This document shows, piece by piece, positions 27,203 through 64,000 of a DNA stretch of 64,000 nucleotides. Numbering within the stretch: position 1 is the stretch's first letter; every line of letters starts with the position of its first letter. The translations under genes and the position numbers were made by a program. The DNA is from Tubiluchus corallicola. Taxonomy: Eukaryota; Animalia; Priapulida. The DNA is taken from assembly GCA_030141605.1 (NCBI GenBank), contig JAQGDQ010000604.1:62001-126000 (forward strand), in the 5' to 3' direction. The notes beneath the pieces are model-generated. The model saw only the letters and a program-made list of their open reading frames with translations, was not told the DNA's origin and made no database searches.

Positions 27203-27466
27203 AGGTCAAAGGTTAAGTGAACCAGAGAATGCATTTGTGTACACTTATCAATGCCCCGCAGCCCACACGGTTGCAATGGTAACAGTTTTAACATATGTTA
27301 ACAGCTATCTAAAACCTTACTCGAACGTTACCAGCACGATCCTGCTACTAAATCACTTTACACACAGACCAATGCAGTAATTAAGTAAAGGTCATGTAAG
27401 ACAACAGACGGCTTTGCTTTACCCATGTGTCACATGCATTTCTGTGGTTCACTTAACTTTTGACCT
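27203..27466. mobile_element. MITE-like element with ~40-bp inverted termini
   Basis: AGGTCAAAGGTTAAGTGAACCAGAGAATGCAT / ATGCATTTCTGTGGTTCACTTAACTTTTGACCT. Confidence 0.6.
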
Positions 27467-27617
27467 ACAACAACTGTGTGTGCGCACAATGAAATTATGA
27501 AAAGCATTATTAATCCATCACACTTTCAGTAAGTCTGATTAAATGTTGATTAGAAATGATTCTCAACTAAGGATAACTTCTAAACAATCTCTTATTGCAG
27601 GCTGATTGCAAAAAGCA

Positions 27618-63649
<36,032 letters not shown>

Positions 63650-63858
63650 GTATTTTATGCACAGTATCTTAAACATTTGTTGTGCTTTGTTATCATCTGT
63701 GGTGCTGTTAGCAAAATTTAATGCAACGTTTAATTACATTTAACAAATTTTTGCGTTCCATACATGGTTTCGGAGCTGAATCCATAAGTATTACCTATTG
63801 CTAAAAGTTCATAATTTTTCTAAATCGTGTTCAATTGCGCTTTCTGAAATGTCTAGGC

Positions 63859-64000
63859 CAGGAGTGTGCAAATTGCGGCCCGCCGAGAGAATTTGTGCGA
63901 CCCGTGAAGAGATTTGTCAACCTAATGAAAGTGCGGCCCGGGCGATTAATTGAGTGTATCCAGCTGAAGTCCGTGCCACGATCCCAAAGATTGTGCGGTT
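63859..64000. mobile_element. Start of a hAT (Charlie-like) element, cut by the window end
   Basis: GTCTAGGC target followed by CAGGAGTGTGCAAATTGCGGCCCG with repeated GCGGCCCG motifs. Confidence 0.6.

Overview
AT-rich eukaryotic (invertebrate animal-like) genomic DNA; nothing prokaryotic. The main feature is the 5' part of an intact, spliced + strand polycystin-1/REJ-family gene (ATG 27618, continuing past the window). I could join 20 coding exons in one stop-free frame (about 1243 codons): signal peptide, 5 WSC domains, 1 FN3, 10 EGF (8 Ca-binding type), a PKD domain and the start of a REJ module. Upstream (10420-16523, - strand) is a young LTR element with ~1.27 kb, ~99% identical LTRs, a tRNA-His PBS, a PPT, decayed gag and an F-type env remnant, but no pol. 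Most large introns carry their own unrelated minisatellite; one appears to have grown out of a dead EGF exon. The EGF exon cluster keeps fossil traces of its tandem expansion. The rest is MITEs (hAT, Tc1/mariner-pogo, piggyBac), tandem Helitrons, LINE and SINE fragments and microsatellites. All calls were made by eye; no database searches were run.
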